Below, piece after piece: positions 1-14,339 of a stretch of 64,000 bases of DNA. The notes under the pieces were generated by a model. The model was not told the origin of the DNA, ran no database searches, and saw nothing but the letters and a program-made list of their open reading frames with translations. Position 1 is the stretch's first letter. Each line of letters begins with the position of its first letter. The position numbers were made by a program, and so were the translations under genes. Source of the stretch: Guillardia theta CCMP2712 (Eukaryota; Protista; Cryptophyta); the NCBI RefSeq assembly GCF_000315625.1, contig NW_005434598.1, positions 230,942 to 294,941 on the forward strand, read 5' to 3'.

Positions 1-793
1 CTAAAGTAGTAATGCAATTGCTGTCCTCTTCTGAAGAATAGTGATTCAATGAGGCAGGCCCGCATTGAATATGTCGGGTCAATGTGCCATGATCCTGGTT
101 ACACTTCCTCCCCATGACCCCTCTCCTCCTCCCTGCCCCTCTCCCTCTCCCTCTCCCTCTCCCTCTCCTAAGGCATCTCCATGACAGTTTCCATGGACAT
201 ATCTGCTCCTCTTTTTGGGGCCCACTCTCTTGACTCACCCCTTCCCATTCCTCTTGCCAACCTGATCAAATAACATCTCCATGAAAGGAAGAAAAATGTC
301 GAAAGACCAAGTTTGGTGAGCCCGAGACAGAAAGGAGCTACAGGGAAATGTAACGACTACGAACCATCCACAAATAACGATAATAGCAGTAAGGAATAAA
401 CTAACTAACATGGATGACAGCTGACTTGAACTAATTCAAAAAATCGAAGTAGTCAGGAAAGAACTCTCGGATAAACATCAATTCCAGTAATACAAGAGAA
501 TCGACTAATTCTACGATGATCACATCAGAGACTNNNNNNNNNNNNNNNNNNNNNNNNNNNNNNNNNNNNNNNNNNNNNNNNNNNNNNNNNNNNNNNNNNN
601 NNNNNNNNNNNNNNNNNNNNNNNNNNNNNNNNNACTTGCTGATCATCTTAGCAGTCATGCAACAGTGAGCTTGTCAGGAGGAGCACATCGGTGACTTTCT
701 CCCTGAGACAACCTGTACATTGACTGTGTTGTTGGAATCAAGCATCGGCCTCGTTGTGCCAGTATGACAGCGTGAAGATAGATGCGAGATGGA

Positions 794-837
<44 letters not shown>

Positions 838-850
838 AAGGACGAGGACA

Positions 851-891
<41 letters not shown>

Positions 892-1811
892 AAGCACAAG
901 GACGAGATGATTGGGAGCAGGAATGAAGAAGAGTTGAGGAGAAGAGTTGAGATTAAGATTGAGAATCATTGCGACGACAACGCATAGATGAATTTCATTG
1001 TGATAGGGCACTTTCAGGCACTTTCAACCTACAATCACGTTTCCAAATCCATGTGGCTGGAATACGACATCATCTTTGTATCAGGTTGTTCCTGTTGGAA
1101 TAATTGCTCCATCTTTACGTTCTGGATGCTAAAGAGACAAGCGAATCGTTGAGATCGTGCGAAGGTACAGTCTGATTTGATCCTTTCCTTGTTGATTGCT
1201 GCATGTTGCATTGTGGTATTTGATTTCATGATGCGCAGATGCAACTGTACATAGCCAGCTCGTCTTAGATGGTGTTGTTGTGGCCAACACAACAGGAACG
1301 CAAGTGAAGCATGACTTGTGAACATTTACGATTATGATTGTTGCTCTTCAAGGTCGGAATTCTTGTTGAGGGTGTTGAACTCGGACGACATTGGATGAAG
1401 ATTTTTGTTGATGAGATCGAGAATGTTAGAAACTCTCACTAGTGTCTTTCAATCTCACTCAGTGACCCGTCAGAATGTTGAGTTTTTCCTTCCGTGGCAC
1501 ATTCACTTTCGCATCGTCAGCCCACCGAGCAGAGCCTTCTTATCCTTTGAGGTACCTTTGTTGATCGGTAGAGCTATACTGATTGCAGACATAAGGATAA
1601 CGACAAGTATTTGAGTGTTTGTTTCTACATGATTCATGGATATTTACAAGAGGACGAAGTTTTCAAGGAACTTGATGGTACAACTGGTGAGAGGGACAGC
1701 AATGCTTGTCCCAGATTTGCATAACTCGATCAACAGTGGTTGTAAGCGTTGATGGAGAGAAACAAGTTGAGCTGGCTTCAGCTTCAACCTCTGCAATTCA
1801 TGTAAGTTTTG

Positions 1812-1849
<38 letters not shown>

Positions 1850-2850
1850 GGAGGAGGAGGAGGAGGAGGAGGAGGAGGAGGAGGAGGAGGAGGAGCAATG
1901 ATGATGATTTTGTGATGAGACGATGATAACGATTATGGTGTAGCCGACATGTGTAGAGCTTCCGTCAGAGAAGTTGAGGAGTGCCGGAAGACATTCGGTC
2001 ATCATGGACAACCGCACCTGCAACATCTATTTACATCATTTGTTTTGCATGTCAGGTTGTTGTCGAGCTTGTAGATCAAAGAGGTAAATTGGCTTGTTGC
2101 CTTTGATAACCTCTATGTAATGCAATCTTTACTTTTGAAAACAAATCATGAGTGGGACACGATGATAAGGGCTTCTGTATTCCCGTGTTTCTGGTGTGAT
2201 ATGATATGATATGATGTGATAATATTTGATGCGATGAGATGTATCGTGATTTGTTGGCCTGACTTTGCTACCGAGATCTTGAACTTTCCCTGACCTGATT
2301 GCTGTAGGTCAACCTCTTGGACCAATTTCTTACACACACCTCCTGGGCTCTCCTTGCAACGAGGACGTAGGTTGTAACTTGTCTCGAAGTCCTCCTGACG
2401 AGTTTCAGTGTGCAGATGGTTATCAATGGATGATGACGATGATCGATCAAGTTTCTTCTCTCCGACCAAACTGGGATTCAGAGATAGAGTTGAAAGTAAC
2501 CCTCCTCCTCCTCCTCATCATCATCCTTCTCCTTCTCTTCATACTCCTTTTTCTTCTCTTCGTACTTCTCCTCCTCCTCTTTCTCTTCATACACCTGCTC
2601 CTCCTCGTAATCCTCCATGCACTTCTCTATCTCCGGCTGCTTCTCCATCTCCTCTTTCATCTCCTCCTCGTTCTCTCGTTTCTTCTTTCTCTCAAATATT
2701 CCAGCTCTCCTCCTCCTTCAACTTATCCTTCGCCTGATCACCTCTTTCTCTGCTATTTCCTATTCTATTTCCTCTTCATCTCCTTCACACGAACCTCTTG
2801 TGCTGTTTCTTCTTGAATGTTCTCCTGCCCTCCTTATGCTTGCATCTCCA
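1..2850 (+). CDS. Probable further short exons, either upstream part of the beta-propeller gene or a separate gene
   Basis: Short AG..GT-bounded open stretches (e.g. ~1340-1430 LLFKVGILVEGVELGRHWMKIFVDEIEN; ~2056-2083 VVVELVDQR) between microsatellite-rich intron-like tracts. No recognisable motif; exon chain not resolved. Confidence 0.3.
534..633. other. Assembly gap (100 N)
   Basis: Run of N. Confidence 0.99.
795..906. repeat. (GACGAG)n microsatellite
   Basis: Direct reading; a similar tract lies at ~38818-38907. Confidence 0.95.
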
Positions 2851-2851
2851 G

Positions 2852-2935
2852 GAATGGAAATCGATGTCAGGACATGGTGTTTACATTAATCCGAGCGTTT
2901 TCATCACAAGAAAATCTGAAAATGACAACGACGGT

Positions 2936-3024
<89 letters not shown>

Positions 3025-6000
3025 GAAACCAGTTTGGCATGTGATTTTCAGGTAAACAACAGACGCAATGTTCACGAGAACCGTGTTGATGATGGCATCC
3101 TTTATCACAATTATCATGTTAAACTTGATATGAGAGCATTGTCATATTTTCCAGAAATCACAAGAAGATATTCCCCCTGAGATTTGTGATTTGTACATGT
3201 CTCATCCATGAAGGAGACTGACATGAAGATTGGTCAACGTGGATATGAAGAGTTTGTCACATTCTCTCTAGGGAACATGAATTGACAACCCCTGGCCCTC
3301 TGGGATATCAGAAGAGACTCACGCCATCAATACAGGCGAGTGAATTTTCCTCGTCCTTTTCCCTGCCTGCGCTCTTTCCTCCTTCACTATTCTTCTTCCT
3401 CCTCCTCTCCTCTGCATCTCCTCTACTCTCCCCTCTTCCTTTTCTTCCTCTCCTCTCCTCTCCTCTCCTCTCCTCTCCTTTCTACTCCCTCTCCTTTCTA
3501 CTCTTCTCATCTCCTCTCCTCTCATCTCATCTCATCTCCTCTCCTCTCCCGTCCCCTCCTCTCATCTCTTCTCATCTCCTCTCCTCTCCTCTCCTCTCCT
3601 CTCCTCTCCTCTCCTCTTCTCTCCTCTCCTCTCCTTTTGTCTTCTCATCGTTGCTCTGCTTTGCTCTTCACTGCACGTTTACTCATTCTTCTTGCTTCAT
3701 CGAATGTTTTTCCAACAGTGGCACACAGAGCTGCTGTTTGACGATCAGACAAAACAACTCACACGAGATGTCAGTCGAGCACTAACAAGGCAATGAAACA
3801 TCTTACTGACATCTCAAATGTCTTGACATCTGGTATCAGATTGAACATCTCTTACTCTTCTGTTCCATCACAAGAGGGCTCGCAAGGTCCGCAGGATGCC
3901 AGAGTCTTCTCGGTTGTGAACTTATATGACGTCTTCAATTACTTGCTCCCCTCCCCTCCTATCCCTTCCCTTCGCTTCTTCACTTCTCGTTTCATCTCCT
4001 TTCTATGTTTTGTTTTCTCCATTCCTCACCTGCACCCTCCTCTCTCGGCTCCTTTCCTCTACAGTCCTCATCCTTCCTCTTGTTTTCATCTTCCTCTTTG
4101 CTCTCTTCTTTGCTGCTTTATGCTGTTCTTTCCTCCCTTTCAACTCGTCTTGATTACTTCTTCTCAGTTGTCCAACGGCAAACAGTTTCTTTGGTTTAAC
4201 GCAAACTCAAGATGGTAACAATTCGTGGCATTGTTCCTTGCTTCCATTCCACTTGCATGCATTCCACTTGTTTTCCCCATTTCCTGATCTCATCCTTGTT
4301 TGCGTATGTTGCCAAAGGCATGATGTTTGTTCAGTTTGCTCTCCATCTCTTTTAACAAATCCTTTCAGTCTTAACTTCTTTCAGGTTGCCGTCTAGGGTC
4401 ACTCAACAGCTGGTGGCGATTAGCCTGCAAGAAATTTCAGAATCATCGAAAGAAGAAGGAGGATCGCAAACGTTTGAACGAGAATTGATGTTGTCAGATG
4501 TTGTTGAAGTCAAGCTCTCAAAGCAGGTAGTCCCTTGCATGGCCTTTGTTGTCGCAAACACAATGCTCTGTTGTTGTGTTCTTCCTGCTGCAAAGCAACC
4601 TTGAGAAATAATGTATAATCTTGCATCAGGTGTACGAGAAAAACTTTGTAAGCTTCTCAAGTATCAAAGGCATGCAGTGACTGTTGCAGGTTGCTTTCGA
4701 GCACAATCAGAGCATCTACTTCGCTTACTCCATGTATCTCCCTTCCTCTTGTCTCGTGTCTTTCTCAAATCTCTTTGCTAGAGAACCACACGAGATCTAT
4801 CATCTCGATCCTGAAAGTGGAGCAGTTGCGCATGTGAGAACAGATTGTGCCTTGTAGAAAGATGACATGTTTGTTAGGTTGCAACCAGCAGCAACCAGCT
4901 CTTACAGGAGTCCATCTCCAGAACAGATTTGTGGCTGCATGGAGGTCAATCTGAGCTTTTGCTCCTTTTTCATCCCTTCTGTGTCCTCGAACTATTTTCC
5001 TTCCCCTCTCTCTCTCTTTCTGTCTTTCTCTCTATCTCCATTTCTTCTTTCTCTCTATCTCTCTCTCTCTCTTCCTCCCTCTTTATCTTGTTCTCTATCT
5101 CCTCTCTTCCTCTTTCTCCTCTCTCTTGCCCTCTGTTCAGCCTCCTAGCAATCTTGTCTGTCCCCCTGTATTCCTTCCTCCTTGTTCACTCATCCGCTTC
5201 CTGCCGTTGCATCTCCCTCGAACCTCTTCATCTACTGACGGTGCATGGGCTAGGTTCGGCAGCGATCCAAGTGAAGAGAAGAGGAAATCTAGAATTTCTC
5301 TCCGTATGTCATGTCAAGCAACCAGACACTGAGATGTAAATTGAACAATCTCACTTCTTGTCGTTTTTCCTTTTCTTCCCTTTGTCTCTCTGCGTGTGTT
5401 CTTCTTTCTTCACATGTGTTGTGGCAATCAGACTCTGCTCGTATCTCTATCTTGCTAATTCTCCTCCCTCCTGCCTTCTCTTTCACGGTCCTCCTCCTCA
5501 TATTCTATCTCCTTATTGTTCTTTCACTCTTTCCTATTTCTGATCAGCTTTCCATGTTCTTTCATCGTTCTCACTTTCAATCGTAGGTACTTTACCTTCG
5601 CGTATACTTTCTCTTCTGCTCCTCCTTTTCAAATCTTATCATGGTAATAAGCTCCTCCTCCACCACCACCATCACAATCACCTCCTCCTCGTCCTCCTTC
5701 CTTCTTTCCACCTTTCCTTGCTTCCCAATACGCCTCAACCTCTTCCTTTCTCTTCACCCTTTCCCCGTTTGCACTGCTTTAATTGCTCCCACTTTCTTCC
5801 TGACGCCTTTCAAGGTCTCCTAAGCTTCCTCTGCTCGGACGCATTCAGATGGCGATGTCTCTTGCTGTCCTCGACGACGAGGTGTCTCCTGCTAGCTCGT
5901 CCCACACGCTCATCATCATTATTTCTCCTCTCTTTCCTCCTCCTTCTCCTCCTGGTTCTCCTCCTCCATCTCCCCTTTTTCTTCTGCATCAGCATTGTCA

Positions 6001-6309
6001 CTTTCTCCTCCTCCTTCTCCATCACCGTCATCATCATTCCACTCCTCCACCACCACCTCTCCCACCTCATCAGCCCATCGATCAGCTGACCTTCATCCTC
6101 ATCTATTTGCATGCACTCGATGCATCTGCCACAGGAGCTGATGATTTCTTACGGACGTGAGTTGGTTGTAGATTGCAAAAGAGAAGCTGACAGAAACTGC
6201 AGGAGACGATAAGGAGATGAGAGTCGTGTCTTTCAATCTTCCTGATTTCCTTCATAACATGCAGGACATCTCAGGGCTTTTATCAACATCCTCATCACTG
6301 CCATCTTGA
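2852..6309 (+). CDS. Multi-exon five-bladed beta-propeller glycoside hydrolase/glycosyltransferase-like protein (GH130/GT91 BMT-like); 5' end uncertain
   Basis: Spliced exons give ordered motifs: YINPSVF (~2880), GPQDARVF (~3885), YEKNF (~4634), YFAYS|xEPHEI (~4717-4800), LWLHG (~4930), FLSVCH (~5295), YFTFAYTFSSAPPFQIL (~5588-5640), IQMAMSL (~5843), ELMISYG|xDDKEMRV (~6135-6225). Stop TGA at 6307-6309. These match the NPS / GPEDPR / EKNW / HGG / PPF / SYG..D pattern I recall for this family. Confidence 0.7.
2936..3022 (+). repeat. (AGC)~29 trinucleotide repeat, in-frame poly-Ser within an exon
   Basis: Lies between INPSVFITRKSENDNDG and KKPVWHVIFR|GT in one open frame. Confidence 0.9.
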
Positions 6310-6434
6310 TCTTTACTGTGCTTGTCGCTATACATATGAAATTGAAGATTCGGGGAAGGAAAATATGCGTAACCACCAGACTTTCTTTAGTCATTCTTAT
6401 CTGTCTTGTTCCTTCCGAGACAATCCGGATGTGA

Positions 6435-8298
6435 TTAAGCTTTCTTTGGCTTGTCATGTGGTTTGAACCTGTCAGCCACCTGAAGACAAGAAAAGTCAGC
6501 AGAACATGATACAGGGAGCTGAAAACCCACCATCTCGATGATGATGCCTCCGAACACCATGAAGCACCCGGTCCACTGCATCTGGTTCAATCGGTTGTCT
6601 GTTACAAGAAAACTTCAGTATGTCAACACGTCAGCATCCTTGAGGTGTACCTGGGTTCCTGAAGACAGAGTAGACAGTCGAGAAGATTTTCCTGCTCTCT
6701 TGTCATCTTTGACGCTGCAACTGAGGTGAACGGAACCTTGTGGTGGTGACCGTGGAGAGGAGAAGAGGTCCAAACTCGGTGACGGTGAAGTAGATGAAAC
6801 ACTGGGAAACACGCACATCACAACTCCATCTCCCGATAGTTTGAGCAGGAGGTGTATAGTATACAGAAGAGTAAGGGAGTGAATACAGAAACTTTGACTA
6901 TCACAATCATCAACAAAATCTTACCTGTCCCACAGCCGAAGAGATGGAAAAAGCAGAGAGGGCATAGATAAACTCCTCGCTGCGCTTGCAGAAGTCGATT
7001 CCTTCCTGAAGCTGACCAGTCGCAACACAGAAAGCCAGCGCGACAACAGCTCCTGTTGTGACAACCGAGCGATTCAGAGGAAGTCACATACACAGTTCCG
7101 GCCGAACCAGCAAGGTTGGTGTACATCATTGACTCGAACATCGAGGGCTTTGCCTACAAGAGCGTCAGCCATCATGTTAGAACAAGCAGGATGGCAACCT
7201 TGGGGTTGTTGTTAAGAGTCTGTGCGGTCTTCTTCACACGATCCTGTGGTTCACAACAGCTATCAGGAGGAGACGGGGGAAGGAAGCAAGTTCACCTGCA
7301 GTCCTCCAGTGACTCCGTCGAGAACAAGAGACAGAGCAATCAACGACAAGCCATAGGCCGAGTCAGACCCGCCGCCCTTGCCTGTACTTCAACGTCAGAT
7401 GCGGCGACGAATGGCTGGCGAACAAAAACTCCATGACCTGGCTTTGCGGGAGCTCCGAAGTTGAAGATGACAACACCAGCTGTGACGGTGATAACCTGAG
7501 GAGATGAAGTCAGTCACATTCACAGCCCCGGTGATCATGACGCCATCGTCACCTGCAGGTATGTATCCCACCCGTACTTCTTCCCGCCGATGAGAATTCC
7601 CATCAAGAAGACAGGCACCATCTTGCAAGACTTCCCCAGCACCTGAGCGAGAACATGAGACACGTTGTGAGGAGGAATCGACGATCTAGCTCAACCTGAG
7701 TAGGATAGCTGACATATCGGAGGGCCTCATTCGACGCCGCCATGGCCAACATTTGCGAGGCACCACTGACGGAGATTTCCTTGATGGGGATCTGATGCAC
7801 AACAATGCTATCAGGGGAGAGAAGAAAGATATCAGCATGATCAGAGATGTATATCAACATGAGAACATGAATGCAGTTGCAAGGCATTGACGCTCACACG
7901 CACTTGTCACCTTAAGGTTCGATCCCCCAAAGATCAGCAAGAAGAAGAGAGCAACAAGCGCATTGGCTCCTACAAGACTTTAGCGTCAGCGCTCATCATG
8001 CACAACAACTCAGTGCTCTTGACCTCTCTCTGCAACCATCATGAAGAACGTTGCCTTGAACTTCTGTCCTGCATACGACTTCTTGAAAAGATCCTCCTGT
8101 GTCCGAGAGCAATTCAGCCGATCATTGCAGGCTGAGGGAAACGGACCTGAAGGACTGCAAAATATCCGAATGATCCGAAGATACCAGCAATTGCCTGCAA
8201 ACGTATTCAGTGGAAAATCGAAAATGGATAAGCCGTCGGCATACCAGTGCTACTTTCACCGATTGCATTGCTCCTTTCGATTCTGGTTTCCCAGACAT
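6435..8298 (-). CDS. Nucleotide-sugar transporter, UAA family (SLC35B1/UTr1-like), multi-exon
   Basis: Spliced: MSGKPESK..GIFGSFGYFAVLQ|EDLFKKSY..; ASNEALRYVSYPTQ|VLGKSCKMVPVFLMG; SLVLDGVTGGLQ; SAVGQ; GPLLLSTVTTTRKIFSTLYSV; QWTGCFMVFGG. C-terminal KPKKA* resembles a di-lysine ER-retrieval signal. Confidence 0.92.
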
Positions 8299-10742
8299 CT
8301 GATAGACACGTTCAGCGACAGAGCCTTTGTCGGGATCCTCTGCAAAACAATCTTTCCTAACTTGCAGAAGCTCTAACAACAGAGTGAAGTGAATGGAGGG
8401 AGGGCATGCGAACAAGCCTGTGCTGGCATCGACGAGGAGTGCTAGGGACGCAGCGGAAATTTTACGAGGAGGAGGCAGAGATGGACAAATGTCACGATTC
8501 ATTGCATTCAGCTCGTGTTGAGCAACGCTGCGAGTTCAGCATGAGGATTGGGTGAGTGTAAGGAGGACAGGAAAGGTGCCATCAAGCCATCCTGGGGCGC
8601 TATAGCTGCATTGCGCTGCCTCTGACTTGGGGTTGGTTGAAAGTTCTCCGTGGGGGTACCTACTCTATTTGATTTCGACCGGATCCTTCTCAGAAAAAAA
8701 AGTTTTGGTAATTGTTCAGTATAATTCCAAATTATTATCGGTAACTTGAAACTTAAAATTCATTTTGTCATCTCTTCGGTATTTTCTTGCTCTCCAACAA
8801 GGGGAGACGCAACAAATCGAACACTGATGGCAGATCGAAAAAAAAATAAATGACTACCCCAGCATTAGCCTGAGTATGAAGAGGTAATGTCGGGGTGGGG
8901 TTACTGCTGTGTTTAAAAAATAGTAAGGTACACGGTAAACGTCAGTACATAATATGTGGTACAAAGTCTGATAATAGATTAATAGTTTTGTATATGAATA
9001 TTTGTGACACGTTGTAATTTGATTATCTCTGTAAGATTGATAATAGGTGGTACAAAAATAAATTTATGAAATATATATTAAATGAAATATAAACTTTAAA
9101 AATGCGGTTATTGCAATCATGTTGCTCATTCAGCCCGTTCGGGGTGAGATCTCCAACGATAAGGTCGAATATTTCATATTCTCTAAGTATTTCAATATAT
9201 TATTATCACATACCTCTTCCCCTTGAGGTGACCCAGACCAAACCTACCTCCACCCATTCTTCCATAGATAATACCACCCCTTCTTTCATCAATTTCTTTT
9301 TTGTATCTCTTCCTTCTATCGATCCACAGCTTGCTACCGTGAAAGGGGCTGCGAGGCTCCAACACCCCTATCGGGAAATGGTTATGGGGAGGGGTAGATG
9401 GGAGGAATCGGGTCCTATAGTGCTGATGAAGGATAGAAGGGTATGATGTATGCTATTAAAACATATTCTCTCAATTAGAAAATATTCCACCCTGACCGGC
9501 CTCTGGTAATGTCACAAGACTTGCCCTTAAAGCCCTCCCGCTGCAATCTAGCCACCCTTGGACCCTTTGTACCCCCCTTGTTATGAACATCTACAATGCA
9601 CCCTATATTGTAGCTGAAAACGGAGGGGTATGATACCCCTTCTTGACTCACCCTACCCCCTCTGTTGATACTTGACTTCAGGATTCGATCCCGAAGGGGG
9701 CCTGCATCTTTAAAAGTGTTTTTGGTGACGTAGCGACAGAAAGCAACGTTTCGATGTGCATAGTGGATAGGATGCATGATTGGACTCTGGTCATAGGAAC
9801 GACCTAGGGGTGGTTGCACTTGGTTATCTCAACAATGGGTTATAGATAAATTTGTACAAATATTGTCTAATCGATGAGTACAAATTTATGCTATATATAC
9901 ACAAATATGTACAAAAAGATAATAGTAGGTGTATGATATGTAAAAGCAGAGGTACAAGAAAAATGGTACCATCCAATCTTTCCGTACTACTGTTGAAGGC
10001 TGGTACCGCGAGATTCGGGAGAGATCGTCACCTAGTTGACTAGCCTAGTAGTCAGTGTTTTTACGGTACTGGCAATAGTACTGTGAGTGTCACCGAGTCA
10101 TCCGATGATGCGGCCGCTGAGCCTAGTAATCTGATGATCGATGACTCATCCGAGACTCGAGTTATGATCCCGCCGTCACGGTACGGTATACTACCGTACT
10201 AGGTAACAGTGACGGTGCATTTCAGTTTCATGGCATTTTTTTGAATGGTCGGCGCACTTAAAATTTGTACCAGAAACTTCGATAATGGTTGAAAGAGTCT
10301 GTTTGAATCGGGGACCGTGTCGAGCAGTTTTAGGTTTGCAAGTAGAGATCGGCGCCGGAACCAAGCGGCCTTGAAGGGCACTGCGCACTACAAGTTAGTA
10401 CGGTATTCGGCCGTGATGGTGAGAGCTTGAGACCGTCACTTTGCAGCCGGCGGCCGCCGCTTACCCGGTTAGTGCGCCGCAGGGCCTCCGACTATCATCG
10501 AACTTCGGGGCGGGGCAACTTCCGAGCAAAATTGACTAACTTCGGATGCAGTTACTGTCAGGACGGTGACACGGTGCCACCACTTCCGAGACTCGAATCC
10601 GGGCCCTTTTAAAGGTGGACTCTCTGTCCTGATTATGTCAGTAAGAACCGATGATTTGTTCATTAATGATGGACAGAATGATCAGTGCAGCGTAGCTCAG
10701 GCTTACGATTCAGGAACTTCGGAAACATCAAATTTTATGTCA

Positions 10743-11972
10743 TCAGAACTCAGTACCCGGAGCGAGTGCCTCCTGATTGCTTTGTTTGAATTCCTGAAGC
10801 ATATCAAATCAGCGCACCAGAGCCATCGAGAGAAGGTTGTCAGAAATATGGGTCCTACCGAGTACAACGTGAATAACACATGAAGCGATTCTGTTATGTT
10901 GCTGTAGACAGGAATGTCGAGGATTGCACAAACAATACGCGCATAAGCGACAGTGTCAACGTTCAGATCTGCCGTCATATCAGGAAGATGTTAATTTCCA
11001 CAGCGACTGACCTGCAGAAGGCAGCAGGGCGCCAGCAAAAGCTTCTTCCACCTCAGGACTCCACATCTGCATCAGAGTCTCCACATCAGGCATCGGCTTG
11101 GTGTAGTGCACGTTGGGGGGAGGGTTGCTTCGGTGCAGCTCCGATATGCTCTGAATCCAATTCGTAATCTTCTGAGGATGCTGTGCTGCGTTCTCAATGT
11201 AGGGGACAGTAGTCGGCTGAAGAGAGGCTTGGGTAGAGATGGCTCTCAGCTGCAGGTCAAGGACCGTCGGATCTGTCTGTTGAGCTGCTGGTTCATCAAG
11301 CACGGTAAGGCCGAGCGTGTCCTTCTTGCCATCAGGACGAGGAATCTTGAGGAAAGGATCAATCTCTCCTATCGCTGGTATGTACTCAGGGATGAAGGGT
11401 TTCAGCTTGGTCTCCAGCTCGATCGTCTGCGGTTTGTACCTGCCGATGTACTGGAACAGCTCTCTAATCTCATCTGAGACTTGGAGGTTGGCATAGTCCA
11501 TCGGGTTGTACCCTTGCATCTTGCCGTCCTGTTCCTGCTCGTCATCATCTTCAGACGTCGTATCTGAATGTTCCTCATCGTCGTCGTCCTCTCCTGAAGC
11601 AGATCCAACCTGCATCTGCTCTTGCCTCGGCTGAGGAGCAGGGGCTTGTCGCGGCTCCACCTTCCTAGCTTCCTGCGCTTTTTGCGGATTTTGCGGAGGG
11701 GCATCTTCCTCCACAGATTCTGAGCTGCTCACATCAACAGCCTCGTCGAAGTGTTGGTTTTCAACAACCTGCGATTTCCTTTTGCTGGGACTCGAGTCAT
11801 CCCTTGATTCAAACTCGTCTCCAAACACCAGACTCTCTTCGCCTCCCTGCCCCTGTACAGGCTGCTCGTTGTCATCATCAGATGTCTGTGACTCCTCCTC
11901 GCCGTCAGGCACAGACTCGTCGTCAGAAACTTCCACCTCCTCATCATGCGGTGCATTGTCCACCTTCGACAT
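10743..11972 (-). CDS. IFT46: Intraflagellar transport protein 46 (3 exons)
   Basis: Acidic N-terminus then GYNPMDYANL..ELFQYIGRYKPQTIELETKLKPFIPEYIPAIGEIDPFLKIPRPDG..LGLTVLDEPAAQQTDPTVLDLQLR..YTKPMPDVETLMQMW. Two short GT-AG introns continue into DLNVDTVAYARIVCAILDIPVY..ESLHVLFTLYS|EFKQ..GTEF*. Confidence 0.95.
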
Positions 11973-13269
11973 GATGAAAGGAAGTTCAGATCAAGTCAAC
12001 TGAAGCGACGACACTGAAAATCTACTCCAGGTAAAAGCACAGTCACGTTATAGGCGCGCAACTTTTCTTTTCGTCAAGGAGGATTGAAACAGTTCGGTAG
12101 CTCTTGATATTCGTCGACAAGAGGCAAGAAAGGGAAGGAATGAAGAAAAAGTGAATATGAACAGGTTGTTGTTCAGTGTATGTAAGCGGAAACAGCAAAG
12201 GTAGAGGATAAGGAGCAGAATCAAGTCAGTTTCTACTGCACCATTGCACAATGGCCATAGCGCTGTTGGTGCCGCAGTAGAAGTTTTTCAGAAACGGTCA
12301 CTCTACTTTTTCTTTTGAAAATGTCTCATTTATTCATTTCTTTGATTTGAAATTATACCCTAAAGGTATGAATATTCTTTTGAATTTTGATATCACCGTG
12401 ACCCTGAAAGAATTTTGCTTGTCCTCTGATGCTCAACCGATTCAAATGATAACTGTCAAGTAACGATGGAAACGAATGTAACGAACATTTATTTAACGTA
12501 TGTAACCGCTAATACAATGAAAGGAAGTAAATATGTTTTAAACTGAGTTATGTCTTGGTACTAAAAGGAAAGTAAATACTCTTTATATAATAATGGTACA
12601 AATACACATACAAGAAAAAACGAGAAAAAGTCTTTTGGGACTCAAGGCTTCAGGGTTGACGGTTCAGGTATGAAACATTCAGGTGAACCATTCTGAACTT
12701 TCCCCGAATATTTTCAAATAGGAGAATAAAGTTTGGATACATTATTGAAATATACTTAGAATACTATTTAAAAATACTAAATGTTTTAACTTCCTGGTAT
12801 CTATTTATAAATTAAATTATATATAAGAACATGGCTCTAAAAGTCCAGAGGATCGCTGGGCATATTTCGATGGTTAACTTGAAATATTGAAATTGTTTGT
12901 GGATACATATTATTAATTCAAGTTAATGAATGAAAATTGGAGGATAATTCCCAAAATAACCTCCTTGAAAGTCGCCATGGCGTTGTGCCATGCATGGAAA
13001 CGAAGGGGCTGATAAGGAGAGGAAGGGGGGAGGAGGAGGATGCTTGAGCGAGGAGGAGTAAGAATGAAGGGTATCGAAGGGGAAGGGCAAAGACGATCAG
13101 AATGTGTGATCTCACAAGGTTTTGAATTAGAGATGGGCACAGGAAAAGGAATAGGGAGAGGATGTTGTGGTTGTGAAGTGGCTGTAAAAGGATGGTAGAC
13201 TTGTTCTTCTGAATGAGTAACATTGTTTCTATCGTTAGATCATTTTCATTGAAGTTGGAAAGTTTGTAC

Positions 13270-14007
13270 AGAGATTATTCTCTTTGTGAAAACAAATAAC
13301 ACATGTCGGCAAGTATAGCAAACGCTGTGTAGTAGACTTTCACTCGTTGCCCATTGCTGTAAGCAACTTTGAATAGCGTGGTAATTGTTCAATCTAGAAT
13401 TCCGATAATCCAATCACACATGTCAGTGTCCTGTTGCAGAATGAAACACTTAAATTTCAATCTGCAGAAGTGAAGGTTGTCAGTGCTGGATTTATGAAAA
13501 GCTCTGCACGCTTGTAGAAGAACGAGTTGAAAATCAAGGAGGCATCATGTCAGCAGATGAAAATGCTGCGATCCAGCAGGTAAACTAGATGATTCTTGCA
13601 GCCTCATGATTAAAATTGCTGTAGGAGTTGGATCAGGAAATGGAACGACTGTTCCAGCATTTTGAGCAGGTGGGCATTGGGCATTATTTTTCTTCTGACA
13701 TCTCAAGAAGCTGTGCTGTAAGATCAGATATTGACATGTGATGCTAGGACGAAGAGAGGACAGCAAGGTTAGCTGCAGCACTAGAACAGGAGTCAACAGC
13801 TGCAGCGTTGCATTTTGCGCTATTCCCTCGCAAAACACGAGATGGAGGGTTGCAGCCAACGTGCAGGTGATCTTGGTTGATACTGAAGATAGAAGCTCTG
13901 ATGGGATTATGACCATAGGGAACCTGTGGTGTCGATGATGGCGTTCGTTGTTGACATCTTCAGTCCCCATGATGGAAGGTAAGGTTACGATGATGGTGAC
14001 TATAATG

Positions 14008-14048
<41 letters not shown>

Positions 14049-14303
14049 GTTCATTGTGATGATGAGAGGATATGAGTTGTTTTACTATGATTTGTTTTCC
14101 AGCATTGATCTCAGAGTTCTTTCTGAATGTTTCGAACCGACGTGCGAGGAGGTCAGAAAATTTCGTGCATGATAATGTAATCTTACAGCGAAAGTAACGA
14201 AATTGTTGGTGACAGGGAGAAGAAGGAATTGTTGGTCTATCATATCAATACAAAGATGACACTGGGGCAACTGTCCAGTTATCCAGAGGTGATGATGAGA
14301 AGG

Positions 14304-14339
<36 letters not shown>

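Noticed and set aside
10570-10650. tRNA-like T-arm on - strand (CCGGATTCGAGTCTCGG)
   Set aside because: No D-arm, anticodon arm or acceptor stem could be paired
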